Origin: an uncultured delta proteobacterium
Lineage (GTDB): Bacteria > Desulfobacterota > Binatia > DP-6
DNA: 64,000 nt
Reading direction: 5' to 3'
Assembly (NCBI GenBank): GCA_963815115.1
Contig: CAWFFN010000007.1
Location: forward strand, 960,001-1,024,000
Each line of letters begins with the position of its first letter. Positions within the stretch are counted from its first letter, which is position 1. Made by a program: the position numbers and the translations under genes. Shown one piece after another: positions 8,931 to 18,405 of this stretch. The notes below the pieces were generated by a model that was given only the letters and a program-made list of their open reading frames with translations, did not search any database and had not been told where the DNA came from.

Positions 8931-10019
8931 TCACCCCTGGACGGGGAGCCAGCTCTTGCCGCCGTCCTCGGTGTGATAGATGAGCCCGTATCCTCCGACC
9001 AGCCATCCGTACTGCTGGTCGGAGAAGCTGACGCCGCGCAGCCAGGTCGCCACCTCCTGCCCGATGTTCGCCCGCGTCCAGACGTCGGAGCCGGCCTCGG
9101 TCTTCACCACCTGTCCGGCCGCGCCGACCGCCCAGCCCGAGCCGTCGGCGAACTCGATGACGTCGTACAGCGGATCGACCATCTTGACCTCGCCGCCGTC
9201 CACCTTGTCGTAGGTCCACCTCTCGCCACCGTTCTTGGTGCGCGCGATGTGCGCCTCGAGACCCGCGGCGACCGCGTTCTCGGTGTTGCGGGCGGAGAGC
9301 CCGAAGAGCGTGGGGAGGTCGAGGAGGTCGAAGAAGCCGGTGCCATCGAGCAGCGTCTTGGTCTGCTCCTTCCAGGTCTCGCCACCGTCCTTCGTCCGCA
9401 GGATCTTGCCGAACTCGCCCACGATCCAGCCGTTCTGCTTGTCGGTGAACTTGACGTCGTAGAGGATCGGGTCGGCGGCGGCGAGGCTCTGCCCGCCCGA
9501 GAGGTCGCCCTCCATCGCCACCTTGCGGGAGCGCCACGTCTTGCCGCCGTCGGAGGTGGAGGTCAGGACCGACCGGTCGCCGACCGCCCAGGCGTTGTCG
9601 GCGTCGGCCGCGTCGACGTTGAACAGGTAGGCGCGCTTGACGCTGCCGTCGCCGTCCTCGAACGTCGCGTTCGATTCCTGCTTCGCCCACGTCTTGCCGC
9701 CGTCGGTCGTGGCGAGGATCAGCCCGTCCTGGCCGACGATCCAGCCCTTGTTCTCGTCGACGAACTTCACGCCGTAGAGCGCCACGTCGACGCCCGAGGG
9801 CAGGACCGTCCAGTTCATGCCGCGGTCGCGGGTCTCGACGATCTTGCCGCCGTACCCGACCACGATCACCCGGTCCTTGGAGAGGGCCTGCACATCGTAG
9901 AACCGGTCGGTTCGTGGGTAGATCGTCCGCTCGATGAGCGGCGTCATCTCGACCTCGTGATGGCACCCCAGTGTCAGCGCGACCAACACGATCCCCGACG
10001 GAATCGACCAACGGCGCAT
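8931..10019 (-). CDS. YCF48/BNR-repeat beta-propeller lipoprotein
   Basis: Start MRRWSIP with GGAG RBS; lipobox LTLGC; multiple Asp-box repeats (TxDGGxTW) and GWxVG motifs. Confidence 0.88.
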   Translation of the reverse strand: MRRWSIPSGIVLVALTLGCHHEVEMTPLIERTIYPRTDRFYDVQALSKDRVIVVGYGGKIVETRDRGMNWTVLPSGVDVALYGVKFVDENKGWIVGQDGLILATTDGGKTWAKQESNATFEDGDGSVKRAYLFNVDAADADNAWAVGDRSVLTSTSDGGKTWRSRKVAMEGDLSGGQSLAAADPILYDVKFTDKQNGWIVGEFGKILRTKDGGETWKEQTKTLLDGTGFFDLLDLPTLFGLSARNTENAVAAGLEAHIARTKNGGERWTYDKVDGGEVKMVDPLYDVIEFADGSGWAVGAAGQVVKTEAGSDVWTRANIGQEVATWLRGVSFSDQQYGWLVGGYGLIYHTEDGGKSWLPVQG

Positions 10020-10063
10020 GCAACTCCCTCCCTCGGGGCCGCGGCGCGACGACCCACCTGCGG

Positions 10064-10093
10064 GACGTAACAAACCGACTGCGAAAGTGTCAA
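10064..10093 (-). promoter_or_regulatory. Possible sigma70 promoter for the YCF48-MMPL operon
   Basis: Perfect TTGACA (10093-10088) followed 18 nt later by TG-T-TACGTC; the -10 is imperfect. Confidence 0.45.
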
Positions 10094-10563
10094 TGGGGCG
10101 AGGGTTCCTTGGGCTTCGCCCCCTTGGGGAACCACGTCGCCTGCTGGGCGGGTTCGAGCAGGACCTGCGAGTCGACCTTCCAGGCTCCGTTCTGTCGGAC
10201 CAGCGTGTAGAGCTCGTACTCGGTGAGGCCGAGGGTGTTCACGAAGCGATCCTGCGACTCCAGGATATTGGGGACCTGCGCCTTGTCACCTTCCACCTTT
10301 CCCGGGTACACCGTGAAGTCGAAGATCTTGACGTCGGCGAAGGCCATCATCGCCTTCTGCTCCTTGACGTACGCTTCCTTGTCCTTCCCCTGCCGCATCG
10401 CGTCCGACACCAGGTCGTACACCTGGTCGAACTTCTCCGCCTTGACCGCCTGGAGGTAGCGCTTGAGGACCTCCTCGGGGCTGCTCGTGTCCGCCGCCTG
10501 CGCCCGGGGTCCGGGCAGCAGCAGCGCTCCCAGCAGCAGCGTCCCGACGACTCCTCCACGCAT
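10090..10563 (-). CDS. Secreted NTF2-like (DUF4878-like) protein
   Basis: Signal peptide ending AQA; SPEEVLKRYLQAV...YDLVS N-terminus and LVRQNGAWKV C-terminal strand. Confidence 0.65.
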   Translation of the reverse strand: MRGGVVGTLLLGALLLPGPRAQAADTSSPEEVLKRYLQAVKAEKFDQVYDLVSDAMRQGKDKEAYVKEQKAMMAFADVKIFDFTVYPGKVEGDKAQVPNILESQDRFVNTLGLTEYELYTLVRQNGAWKVDSQVLLEPAQQATWFPKGAKPKEPSPH

Positions 10564-10631
10564 CCCGCGACCGCGTAGCACACGCGGCGCCGCCTTCGAA
10601 AGCCGCCGGTCCACCGGCGAGGAACTCCGCG

Positions 10632-10647
10632 TGGCACGCGGGTTGCT
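10632..10647 (+). promoter_or_regulatory. Sigma54 (-24/-12) promoter of the XRE gene
   Basis: TGGCAC-GCGGG-TTGCT, an exact match to the RpoN consensus, 35 nt before ATG 10683. Confidence 0.8.
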
Positions 10648-10682
10648 GCCACCCGCAGGACACCGCTGTGGAGACGCACCGC

Positions 10683-10907
10683 ATGAACGTGAACGCCGGC
10701 GACGTGATCCGTCGACTGAGGCGCAAGCTCAGCCTCACCCAGGAGGAGTTCGCGCACGCCATCGCAGTCACCGTCTCGACCGTGAATCGCTGGGAGAACG
10801 GCCACGCCGCGCCGAGCAAGCTGGCCTGGAAGGTCATCCGCGAGCTCGCCCGGAAGCGCGGCCTGGCCAGCCATTTCCAGTCCGAGGCGCCAGTCGCCCA
10901 GCGCTGA
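10683..10907 (+). CDS. XRE/Cro HTH transcriptional regulator (74 aa)
   Basis: IRRLRRKLSLTQEEFAHAIAVTVSTVNRWENG; GGAG RBS. Confidence 0.92.
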   Translation: MNVNAGDVIRRLRRKLSLTQEEFAHAIAVTVSTVNRWENGHAAPSKLAWKVIRELARKRGLASHFQSEAPVAQR

Positions 10908-10949
10908 GCGCGGACCGGTCCGCGCGTTCCCACCGCGGGAGCCGACGAG

Positions 10950-10991
10950 CGTCACGATTTTGCCGGACCGTCATTTCGCTGACGGTCCGGC
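10950..10991. promoter_or_regulatory. Candidate enhancer (UAS) sites
   Basis: Perfect 12-bp inverted repeat gccggaccgtca-N6-tgacggtccggc (10962-10991) plus a tandem site cgtca-N6-tgccg (10950-10965), about 90-130 bp upstream of a sigma54 promoter. Confidence 0.5.
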
Positions 10992-11078
10992 GGCGCCAGC
11001 GTCGAGCGATCGCCGGTCCGATGCGCGAATGGACGGCGTTTTTCGGCGGCGGCAGGACCGGACGCCAGTAGTGTCACG

Positions 11079-11094
11079 CGGCACGACCCTTGCG
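11079..11094 (+). promoter_or_regulatory. Sigma54 (-24/-12) promoter of the bEBP gene
   Basis: CGGCAC-GACCC-TTGCG. Confidence 0.65.
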
Positions 11095-11164
11095 TCACGG
11101 ATGGCACACCGGTGGGAACCAGCGGGCCCACCGACAACCATCGACGAGACGGAGAGAGGAACAG

Positions 11165-11349
11165 ATGCTTGCTCGCGATCTCCCCCTGGCGACCCTCGCC
11201 GAGCCCCCCGGACGCTCGAGCCCGTCCGTGTCGGAGAGCCGGCCGACGCTCATCGCGCCCGGCTCCGGCCCCTCGCGGGGCGGGGCTTCCCGCTGCGCGA
11301 GCTGCCGCGGCCAGCCTCCAGCCTCGCCGCCCCCGCGACCTTCGAGGGC

Positions 11350-11353
<4 letters not shown>
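11165..11353 (+). other. 62-codon ORF with strong RBS: leader ORF or frameshifted 5' end of the bEBP
   Basis: [13 protein letters not shown] then ATG 11165. Its stop overlaps the bEBP ATG (ATGA). C6 run at 11204-11209. Confidence 0.4.
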
Positions 11354-12267
<914 letters not shown>

Positions 12268-12292
12268 CGCGCGCGGCCGTCGCGCGCCCCCG

Positions 12293-13426
12293 TCAGACGC
12301 CGAGCACGTTGATCGTGCAGGCCGAGCCGAGGCCGATCACGTGCGCCAGCCCGACCTTCGCCCCCTCGACCTGGCGCGCGCCCGCGGTGCCGCGCAGATG
12401 CTGCGTGACCTCGAAGATGTTGGCGACGCCGGTGGCGCCCAGCGGATGGCCCTTCGAGAGCAGGCCCCCCGAGACGTTCACCGGAATGCGGCCGCCCCAC
12501 TCGACCTCGCCGTCGTCGATCAGGCGGCCGGCCTCGCCGTCCGCGCACAGGCCGAGGTTCTCGTAGTGCAGCAGCTCCGCGGTGGCGAAGCAGTCGTGGA
12601 GCTCGACCAGGTCGAGATCGTCGGGGCCGATCCCGGCGCGCTCGTAGGCGATCTTGGCGGCGTTGCGCGTGAGCGTGCTGACGTCGGGGAAGGTGAGGTC
12701 GCGCTCGGTCCACGGATCGGAGGTGAGGACCGAGGCGAGCACCTTCACCTTGGCGCCGAGCTGGCGCGCCTTCGCAGCCGAGACCACCACCGCGGCCGCG
12801 GCGCCGTCGCCCGTCGGGCAGCACATGTACAGCGTGTTCGGGTAGGCGACCACGCGCGCGCCCAGCACCTGCTCGAGCGGCGTCTCCACCTGATACTGCG
12901 ACAGCGGGTTGCGGGTCGAGTGCTTGTGGTTCTTCACCGCGATCTTGGCGAATTGCGCCTGGGTCGTGCCGTACTTCCGCATGTGCTCCATGCCGGCCTG
13001 ACCGAAGACCGCGGGCATGAGCCCGCTGCCGATCACGCCCTCGGTGCGGACGCCCGAGCCGCCTCCACCGCCGAGCAGGCCCATCTTGCCCATCTGCTCG
13101 ACGCCGACGGCGAGCGCGACGTCGCACTCTTCCGAGGCCACCGCCTGACACGCGGTGCGGAAGGCGGTCGATCCCGTCGCGCAGGCGTTGGCGACGTTCA
13201 CCACGGGGATGCCCGTCTGTCCGATCTCCTGCAGGATGCGCTGGCCGACCATGGCATTGGCCTGGAACAGGCATCCCGCCGCCATCATCTGGACGTCGTG
13301 GATGCCGAGGCCCGCGTCGTCGAGCGCGAGCAGCGCGGCCTCGCCCCCGAGCTCGGGAACGTCCTTCTCGGGGTAGCGCCCGAACTTGAGCATGCCGACG
13401 CCGGCGACGAACACCTCTGCTGCCAT
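12293..13426 (-). CDS. SCP2/SCP-x-type thiolase family protein
   Basis: NVANACATG, ELHDCF, VNVSGGLLSKGHPLGATG. Confidence 0.93.
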   Translation of the reverse strand: MAAEVFVAGVGMLKFGRYPEKDVPELGGEAALLALDDAGLGIHDVQMMAAGCLFQANAMVGQRILQEIGQTGIPVVNVANACATGSTAFRTACQAVASEECDVALAVGVEQMGKMGLLGGGGGSGVRTEGVIGSGLMPAVFGQAGMEHMRKYGTTQAQFAKIAVKNHKHSTRNPLSQYQVETPLEQVLGARVVAYPNTLYMCCPTGDGAAAAVVVSAAKARQLGAKVKVLASVLTSDPWTERDLTFPDVSTLTRNAAKIAYERAGIGPDDLDLVELHDCFATAELLHYENLGLCADGEAGRLIDDGEVEWGGRIPVNVSGGLLSKGHPLGATGVANIFEVTQHLRGTAGARQVEGAKVGLAHVIGLGSACTINVLGV

Positions 13427-13438
13427 GCGAAACCTCCT

Positions 13439-13873
13439 TCAGGCCGCGCGTCGCGCGGGGCGGAAGTAGAACGCGATCACGTCGTTGCCTTGCTTGTCCT
13501 GCTGGCTCACGCCGGTCGTCATCTCCACCGGCATGCCGAACCGGATCGCCTCGGGAGTCGGCTCGACGTCGATCAGGTTGCAGCGCACCGACACGCCTTC
13601 CGGCAGATCGACCACGCCGACGACGTAGGGCACCGGAACGCCCGGGAACGACTGGTGCACGATCGAGTACACCCACAACGTGCCGTGGCGTGACAGCGGG
13701 ACCTCCTCGAACCGCCCGCGCGCCCCGCACTTGCTGCACGCGATGCGGTGCCCGAGATAGGTGGCGCCGCAGCTCGCGCACCGGGTACCCACCAGGTACG
13801 GCTCGCCCTCGTCGGGGAGGCGGAGGAAGGGAACGATCGGCCGGCGGCCGCTCGCCACGGGAGCCTGCGTCAT
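13439..13873 (-). CDS. DUF35 Zn-ribbon/OB-fold protein (thiolase partner)
   Basis: Start MTQAPV; CASC...CSKC Zn ribbon; PYVVGVVDLPEG and GMPVEM OB-fold motifs. Confidence 0.9.
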   Translation of the reverse strand: MTQAPVASGRRPIVPFLRLPDEGEPYLVGTRCASCGATYLGHRIACSKCGARGRFEEVPLSRHGTLWVYSIVHQSFPGVPVPYVVGVVDLPEGVSVRCNLIDVEPTPEAIRFGMPVEMTTGVSQQDKQGNDVIAFYFRPARRAA

Positions 13874-13973
13874 GCGGTCGACGTAGCATTCCGCCGCTCG
13901 GCGTGTCGAGCCGCGGTTCAGCCGGCCCGTCGCATGCTGGACTCGCCCGGTGCCTCCGCCGTATGCCGACCGC

Positions 13974-14819
13974 ATGGCAGATCCCTTCCCGGATCCTTTC
14001 AAGGGCCGCGTGGCGGTCGTCACGGGCGGCGGCAGCGGCATCGGCGCCGCGATGGCGGCCGCCTTCGCCGCTCGTGGCGCGCACCTCGTGCTGGCGGACA
14101 TCGATCCCGCGGCGCTCGAGCGCTCGGCCGCATCCCTGCGCAGCGCCGGCGCCGAGGTGCTCACCGTGCCGACGGACGTGGGAGAGTCGGCGCAGGTGGA
14201 GGCGCTGGCCGACGCCGCGGTGGCTCGCTTCGGAGCGGTCCACGTGGTGTGCAACAACGCCGGCATCGCCGTCTTCGGCCGCCTGGTCGACGCGACCCAC
14301 GCGGACTGGGAGTACACCATGCGGGTGAACTTCTGGGGCGTCGTCCACGGCGTGGGGGTCTTTGCCCCGCGTCTCGTCGCCCAGGGTCAGGGCGGACACA
14401 TCGTCAACACGGCCTCGATGGCCGGCCTCGTCGGCATGGAATGGCTCGGCGTCTACTGCGCCTCGAAGTTCGCGGTCGTCGGCTTGACGGAGTCGCTCCA
14501 TCGCGAGCTCAAGCCGCACGGCATCGGCGTGAGCGTCCTCTGTCCCATGATCGTCCAGACCGACATCAACCGGAACTCGGTGCGCAACCGACCGGCGGCA
14601 CTCCGCAACCCGGGCGAGCCGGTCGACGTTCCCGAGCCCGGCCCCGAGGTCGAGGGCGCCATGAAGGGGGGCGTGATCGGCGTCGAGGAGGTCGCACGGC
14701 GCGTCGTCCGCGCCATCGAGCGGAGCGACCTCTACGTGCTCACGCACCCCGAGCAGCGCGGCTTCCTGCGCCGCCGCGCCGCGCGACTCGACCGCGCGTT
14801 CGAGCCCGATCGTTGGTAG
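13974..14819 (+). CDS. SDR family oxidoreductase
   Basis: TGGGSGIG, NNAG, NTAS, YCASK. Confidence 0.93.
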   Translation: MADPFPDPFKGRVAVVTGGGSGIGAAMAAAFAARGAHLVLADIDPAALERSAASLRSAGAEVLTVPTDVGESAQVEALADAAVARFGAVHVVCNNAGIAVFGRLVDATHADWEYTMRVNFWGVVHGVGVFAPRLVAQGQGGHIVNTASMAGLVGMEWLGVYCASKFAVVGLTESLHRELKPHGIGVSVLCPMIVQTDINRNSVRNRPAALRNPGEPVDVPEPGPEVEGAMKGGVIGVEEVARRVVRAIERSDLYVLTHPEQRGFLRRRAARLDRAFEPDRW

Positions 14820-14832
14820 GGCCGGGGTGAAA

Positions 14833-14866
14833 GCGGGCGGGCGCCTCCCCGGAAACGCCCGCCCGC
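14833..14866. terminator. Hairpin between convergent genes
   Basis: gcgggcgggcg / cgcccgcccgc 11-bp inverted repeat. Confidence 0.6.
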
Positions 14867-14872
14867 CCCTGC

Positions 14873-17302
14873 TCACTGGAGGTTGCGCTGGATGAAGGCG
14901 ACCAGGGCCGTCGGGACCGGATTGTCGCCGTTGTCCTCCGCCGTCACCACGTCGAGGTGGGCGAAGCCCTCGGCCATCACGACCTCGAATCCGCCCGGGA
15001 TGCCGCCGAACGTCGGGAACGCCGGGTTCGGATTGAAGCGGTCGACGATGCGCGGCGTCCCATTGCAGCTGGGCGCGGTGCAGACACCGATGCTCACCCC
15101 GAAGGCGGAGTAGACGCCCGGGACCGTCGCCAGCCCGTTGGTCCCGCCGAAGGAGATCACCGGGATGTTGATGCTTCCCGCCTGGGTGAGGTTCTCGATG
15201 TCGCGTCGGCCCCGACCGATCGAGAGTGCGCTCGAGTCGAGGTTGATCGCCTGCGAGCACTGGGCATCCGAGGTGCACGACGCGCCGACGTTGCCGACCG
15301 AGCACACGCCTGCGGTGCAGACGCCGGACACCGACGTCACGCTCGGACCCGCGACCGGGTAGTAGAGGTCGGTGAAGTTGGTGCCGCCCAGGTAGAAGTT
15401 CTTGACCATGCGGTCCATGCGGGTCACCTCCTTCTCCTGCCCCCACTTGGCGCCGTTGATCGTCGTCGGCGCCGGCCCGTTGAAGGGGGCGAGACAGGTC
15501 GGGGAAGGAGCCCCGCACGGCGGGAAGGAGGCTTCGGTGATGTCGAGCCAGCTCTGCACCTGGTCCCCCATGGGGCCCACCAAGGGCCCCGGCCCGCCGA
15601 GCGAGGTCGCGACGAAGGAGGCGAGGCTCGCCACGATCCCGTCGTCGTCGACGAAGTTGCCGAGGCCGCCTTCCGCCGTCGACGGAGGCAGCAGGCCGAG
15701 GCCGGCGAGATCGGGGACTTTCGCCACCGCGGTGTTGCCGGGTGAGCCCTGGTCCACCAGGAGGATGCTCTTCCCGTTGTCCGGATCGAGCGCGGCCTGG
15801 ATGCCGGTCACCTCGCCCGCGGCGAGGACCCGCGGGTTCAAGATGCCGGGGACGATGGCGTAGGAGGCCGTGGGCAGCGTGCACTTGGGAGGCGTCTGAC
15901 CCGTACAGTCGGCCGCCTCGGTCGGAATCGTGCATGGGGTCACGCCGTCGACGCAGCGGGCCGCGTTGTCGCGCACGGCGCCGAAGAGGCCGCCGTCGAA
16001 CTTGGCTTCGATGCGGTCGAGCGTGTCGTTGCTCAGGAACGCGCCTCCCACCGAGCCGCCGCCGCCCTCGAGCAGGACGAGACCGCGGAGCTTGGCATAG
16101 CCGGGGTCGGCGGAGCCGGCGCCGGTGAGGTTGAAGTCGGTGGAGGCGTAGCGCGCGGTGAAGCCGGTGCCCGCCGAGTGGCCGCCGAGGAAGACGTTCT
16201 GGTTGCGCGCCGCGGCGCGCGCGGCGGTGACGACGGCGTCGATGTCACGCGAGAAGACCAGGTTCGTCCAGCTCGCGATGAAGGGAAGATCGGCCTGGGT
16301 GTCATAGAACACCGCCCGGCGGTTCGGCCCCCCGGCCAGGACGGCGTCGAGGGGAATCGTCAGCTCGCCCCCGTAGAGCCAGTCGAGCGCGATCTCGGGG
16401 CTCAGGAACTCCTCCGCGATGTCGAGCCCGACGCTGTCCTCGAGCTGGTTCGTGCGGCGGTCGAATGCCCACACCTCCAGGATGAAGCCGGCGTTCTTGG
16501 CGCGCGTGATCACGTTCTCGGCCAGGATGCGGAAGTCGGACGCGCCGCCCTCGAAGCCGGGGACGAGGACGAGGATGCCATCCGGCTGCTGCGGGGGACC
16601 CGCGAGGTGGTGGCGGGTGTAGCGCGCGCTGTTCAGGCTGAAGCTGCCGCCGCCGAACTGGGTGAGCAGCTTGGGGTTCGTCACCACGACCCCGGGACTC
16701 CCCGGCGTCTCGGCGGGTTGCGCGCCGCTCGGGATGTTCTGCGTTTCCTGGACGACGAGACTCGTGCAGTCGTTCGCGGCGTCGAAGCTGCACGCGTCCG
16801 GCGCGAAGGGCGACACGTAGCACGCGTGGCGCACGATCTTGCCGTTCGGCGCGTCGACGCACTTCGCCGCCTTCTGCGCACCCGCCTTGGTCTTGCCGTT
16901 GGACGTCTTCGCCTCGCAGCACATGACGCGAGCGTCCGCCGCCGGGTAGCCGCAGGCCGCCTTGGAGTAGATCTTCTTCACCTCGCTCTTGCATTCCTTG
17001 CGCAGGGCGAAGGTGCCCAGGAGCGGCGAGCCGTCGGTGGCGTCGGTGATGACCGCCTTGGCGCAGCTCACGAACTTGCCGTGCTTCTTCTGCGGGGTCG
17101 ACGCGTCGAAATCGGCGCACGGGCACTGCCGCGCGATCACGCCGCGGACACCCGCGATGGCCTTGGCATCGCTCAAGGACGACGCGCCGGCGCGGCACTT
17201 GTCGGTGGCCCCGTGGGCAGGGCCGGCCAGCAACGCGATCGTGGCGAACAGCGTGCCGACGACGGTGGTCATCCGGCGCACGGCCTGCAGCGAGCTGAGC
17301 AT
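14873..17302 (-). CDS. Secreted alpha/beta-hydrolase (lipase-like) with Cys/Lys-rich N-terminal domain
   Basis: Signal peptide (..PAHGA); oxyanion VPGF, nucleophile elbow GHSAG, C-terminal GFAHLD. Confidence 0.78.
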   Translation of the reverse strand: MLSSLQAVRRMTTVVGTLFATIALLAGPAHGATDKCRAGASSLSDAKAIAGVRGVIARQCPCADFDASTPQKKHGKFVSCAKAVITDATDGSPLLGTFALRKECKSEVKKIYSKAACGYPAADARVMCCEAKTSNGKTKAGAQKAAKCVDAPNGKIVRHACYVSPFAPDACSFDAANDCTSLVVQETQNIPSGAQPAETPGSPGVVVTNPKLLTQFGGGSFSLNSARYTRHHLAGPPQQPDGILVLVPGFEGGASDFRILAENVITRAKNAGFILEVWAFDRRTNQLEDSVGLDIAEEFLSPEIALDWLYGGELTIPLDAVLAGGPNRRAVFYDTQADLPFIASWTNLVFSRDIDAVVTAARAAARNQNVFLGGHSAGTGFTARYASTDFNLTGAGSADPGYAKLRGLVLLEGGGGSVGGAFLSNDTLDRIEAKFDGGLFGAVRDNAARCVDGVTPCTIPTEAADCTGQTPPKCTLPTASYAIVPGILNPRVLAAGEVTGIQAALDPDNGKSILLVDQGSPGNTAVAKVPDLAGLGLLPPSTAEGGLGNFVDDDGIVASLASFVATSLGGPGPLVGPMGDQVQSWLDITEASFPPCGAPSPTCLAPFNGPAPTTINGAKWGQEKEVTRMDRMVKNFYLGGTNFTDLYYPVAGPSVTSVSGVCTAGVCSVGNVGASCTSDAQCSQAINLDSSALSIGRGRRDIENLTQAGSINIPVISFGGTNGLATVPGVYSAFGVSIGVCTAPSCNGTPRIVDRFNPNPAFPTFGGIPGGFEVVMAEGFAHLDVVTAEDNGDNPVPTALVAFIQRNLQ

Positions 17303-17400
17303 GATGTCGATCCTCCTTCGAGTGAGCGGCGAGTAGTAGCCTGGCGGGAGCGGAGAGGTCCAGGGCTCGCACCACCTACGCCCGCGCGCGGGCCGCGGTC

Positions 17401-17441
17401 CAATACATTGCCGTGGAGCGATTGAGACGTCTAGTGTATTG
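17401..17441. promoter_or_regulatory. Possible LysR operator / divergent promoter
   Basis: AT-rich inverted repeat caataca...tgtattg directly upstream of lysR and divergent from the hydrolase gene. Confidence 0.4.
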
Positions 17442-17451
17442 ATCGAGGCCG

Positions 17452-18372
17452 ATGGAGCTCCGCCACCTGCGCTACTTCCTCGCCGTGGCGGAGGAGCTGC
17501 ACTTCGGACGCGCCGCGATGCGCCTTGGCATCGCGCAGCCGCCGCTCAGCCAGCAGATCCGACAGCTCGAGCAGGAACTCGGGGTCACGCTGTTCCAGCG
17601 TACGAAACGGCGCGTCGAGATCACGCCCGCCGGGCAGGCGTTCTCCGACGAGGTGCGCCAGGTGTTCGCACAGACCGAACGCGCCGTGAGCACGGCGCAG
17701 CGTGCCGGGCGCGGCGAGATCGGCCAGCTCGACATCGGCTTTGCGCCCTCCGCCGACCTCGACATCCTGCCGCGCGTGCTGCGGGTGTGGAACGCGCGTT
17801 TCCCCGCCGTGCAGGTCGATCTCCATCCTTTCCTTCCCAGCGCACAGGCCGAGGCGTTGCGCGAGGGGCGCATCCACATCGGCTTCGTGCGTCTGCCCCT
17901 CGAGAAGCGCGGGCTGGTCGTCGAGACGATCCAGCGCGAGCCGTTGCTGGCGGTGCTGCCCGCGGGCCATCCGCTGGCGCGCCGCGCCCGTGTCCGCCTC
18001 GCCGAGCTGGCCGGGGATCGCATGATCATGTTCCCGCGCCGCATGGCTCCCGGATACTACGACCTGCTGATCAGCGCCTGCCGCGACGCCGGGTTCACGC
18101 CGCGCGTGCTCCAGGAGCCCGGCAGCATCCAGACGAATCTCGGCCTCGTCTCCGCCCGGCTGGGCGTGACCCTCATGCCGGCCTCGATCCGCAACCTGCG
18201 GCGCGCCGGCGTGATCTACCGGCCGCTGGCGCCGCCTGCGCCGCGCGCGGAGATGGCGGTGGCGTACCGCCGCGACGAGTGCTCGGGCGTCCTGCCGGCG
18301 TTTCTCGAGGTCCTGCACGAGGTGATCCGCCATCGGCCGCGGCCGCCCGCGGCGCTCGGCGGGTCGAGCTGA
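17452..18372 (+). CDS. LysR family regulator (AlsR/HcaR/BenM-like)
   Basis: MELRHLRYFLAVAEELHFGRAAMRLGIAQPPLSQQIRQLE. Confidence 0.96.
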   Translation: MELRHLRYFLAVAEELHFGRAAMRLGIAQPPLSQQIRQLEQELGVTLFQRTKRRVEITPAGQAFSDEVRQVFAQTERAVSTAQRAGRGEIGQLDIGFAPSADLDILPRVLRVWNARFPAVQVDLHPFLPSAQAEALREGRIHIGFVRLPLEKRGLVVETIQREPLLAVLPAGHPLARRARVRLAELAGDRMIMFPRRMAPGYYDLLISACRDAGFTPRVLQEPGSIQTNLGLVSARLGVTLMPASIRNLRRAGVIYRPLAPPAPRAEMAVAYRRDECSGVLPAFLEVLHEVIRHRPRPPAALGGSS

Positions 18373-18405
18373 GCCGGCGGCGACCCGGCGTCCATCGCCG
18401 CGCGC

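Noticed and set aside
6504-10070. Very long antisense or alternate-frame ORFs (e.g. 6504..10070, 1138..3276, 28883..32014, 12234..15935)
   Set aside because: Shadow ORFs expected at high GC opposite genuine genes; no recognisable motifs.
10683-10907. XRE or RHH (25565) as antitoxin of a toxin-antitoxin pair
   Set aside because: No adjacent toxin-like ORF for either gene.
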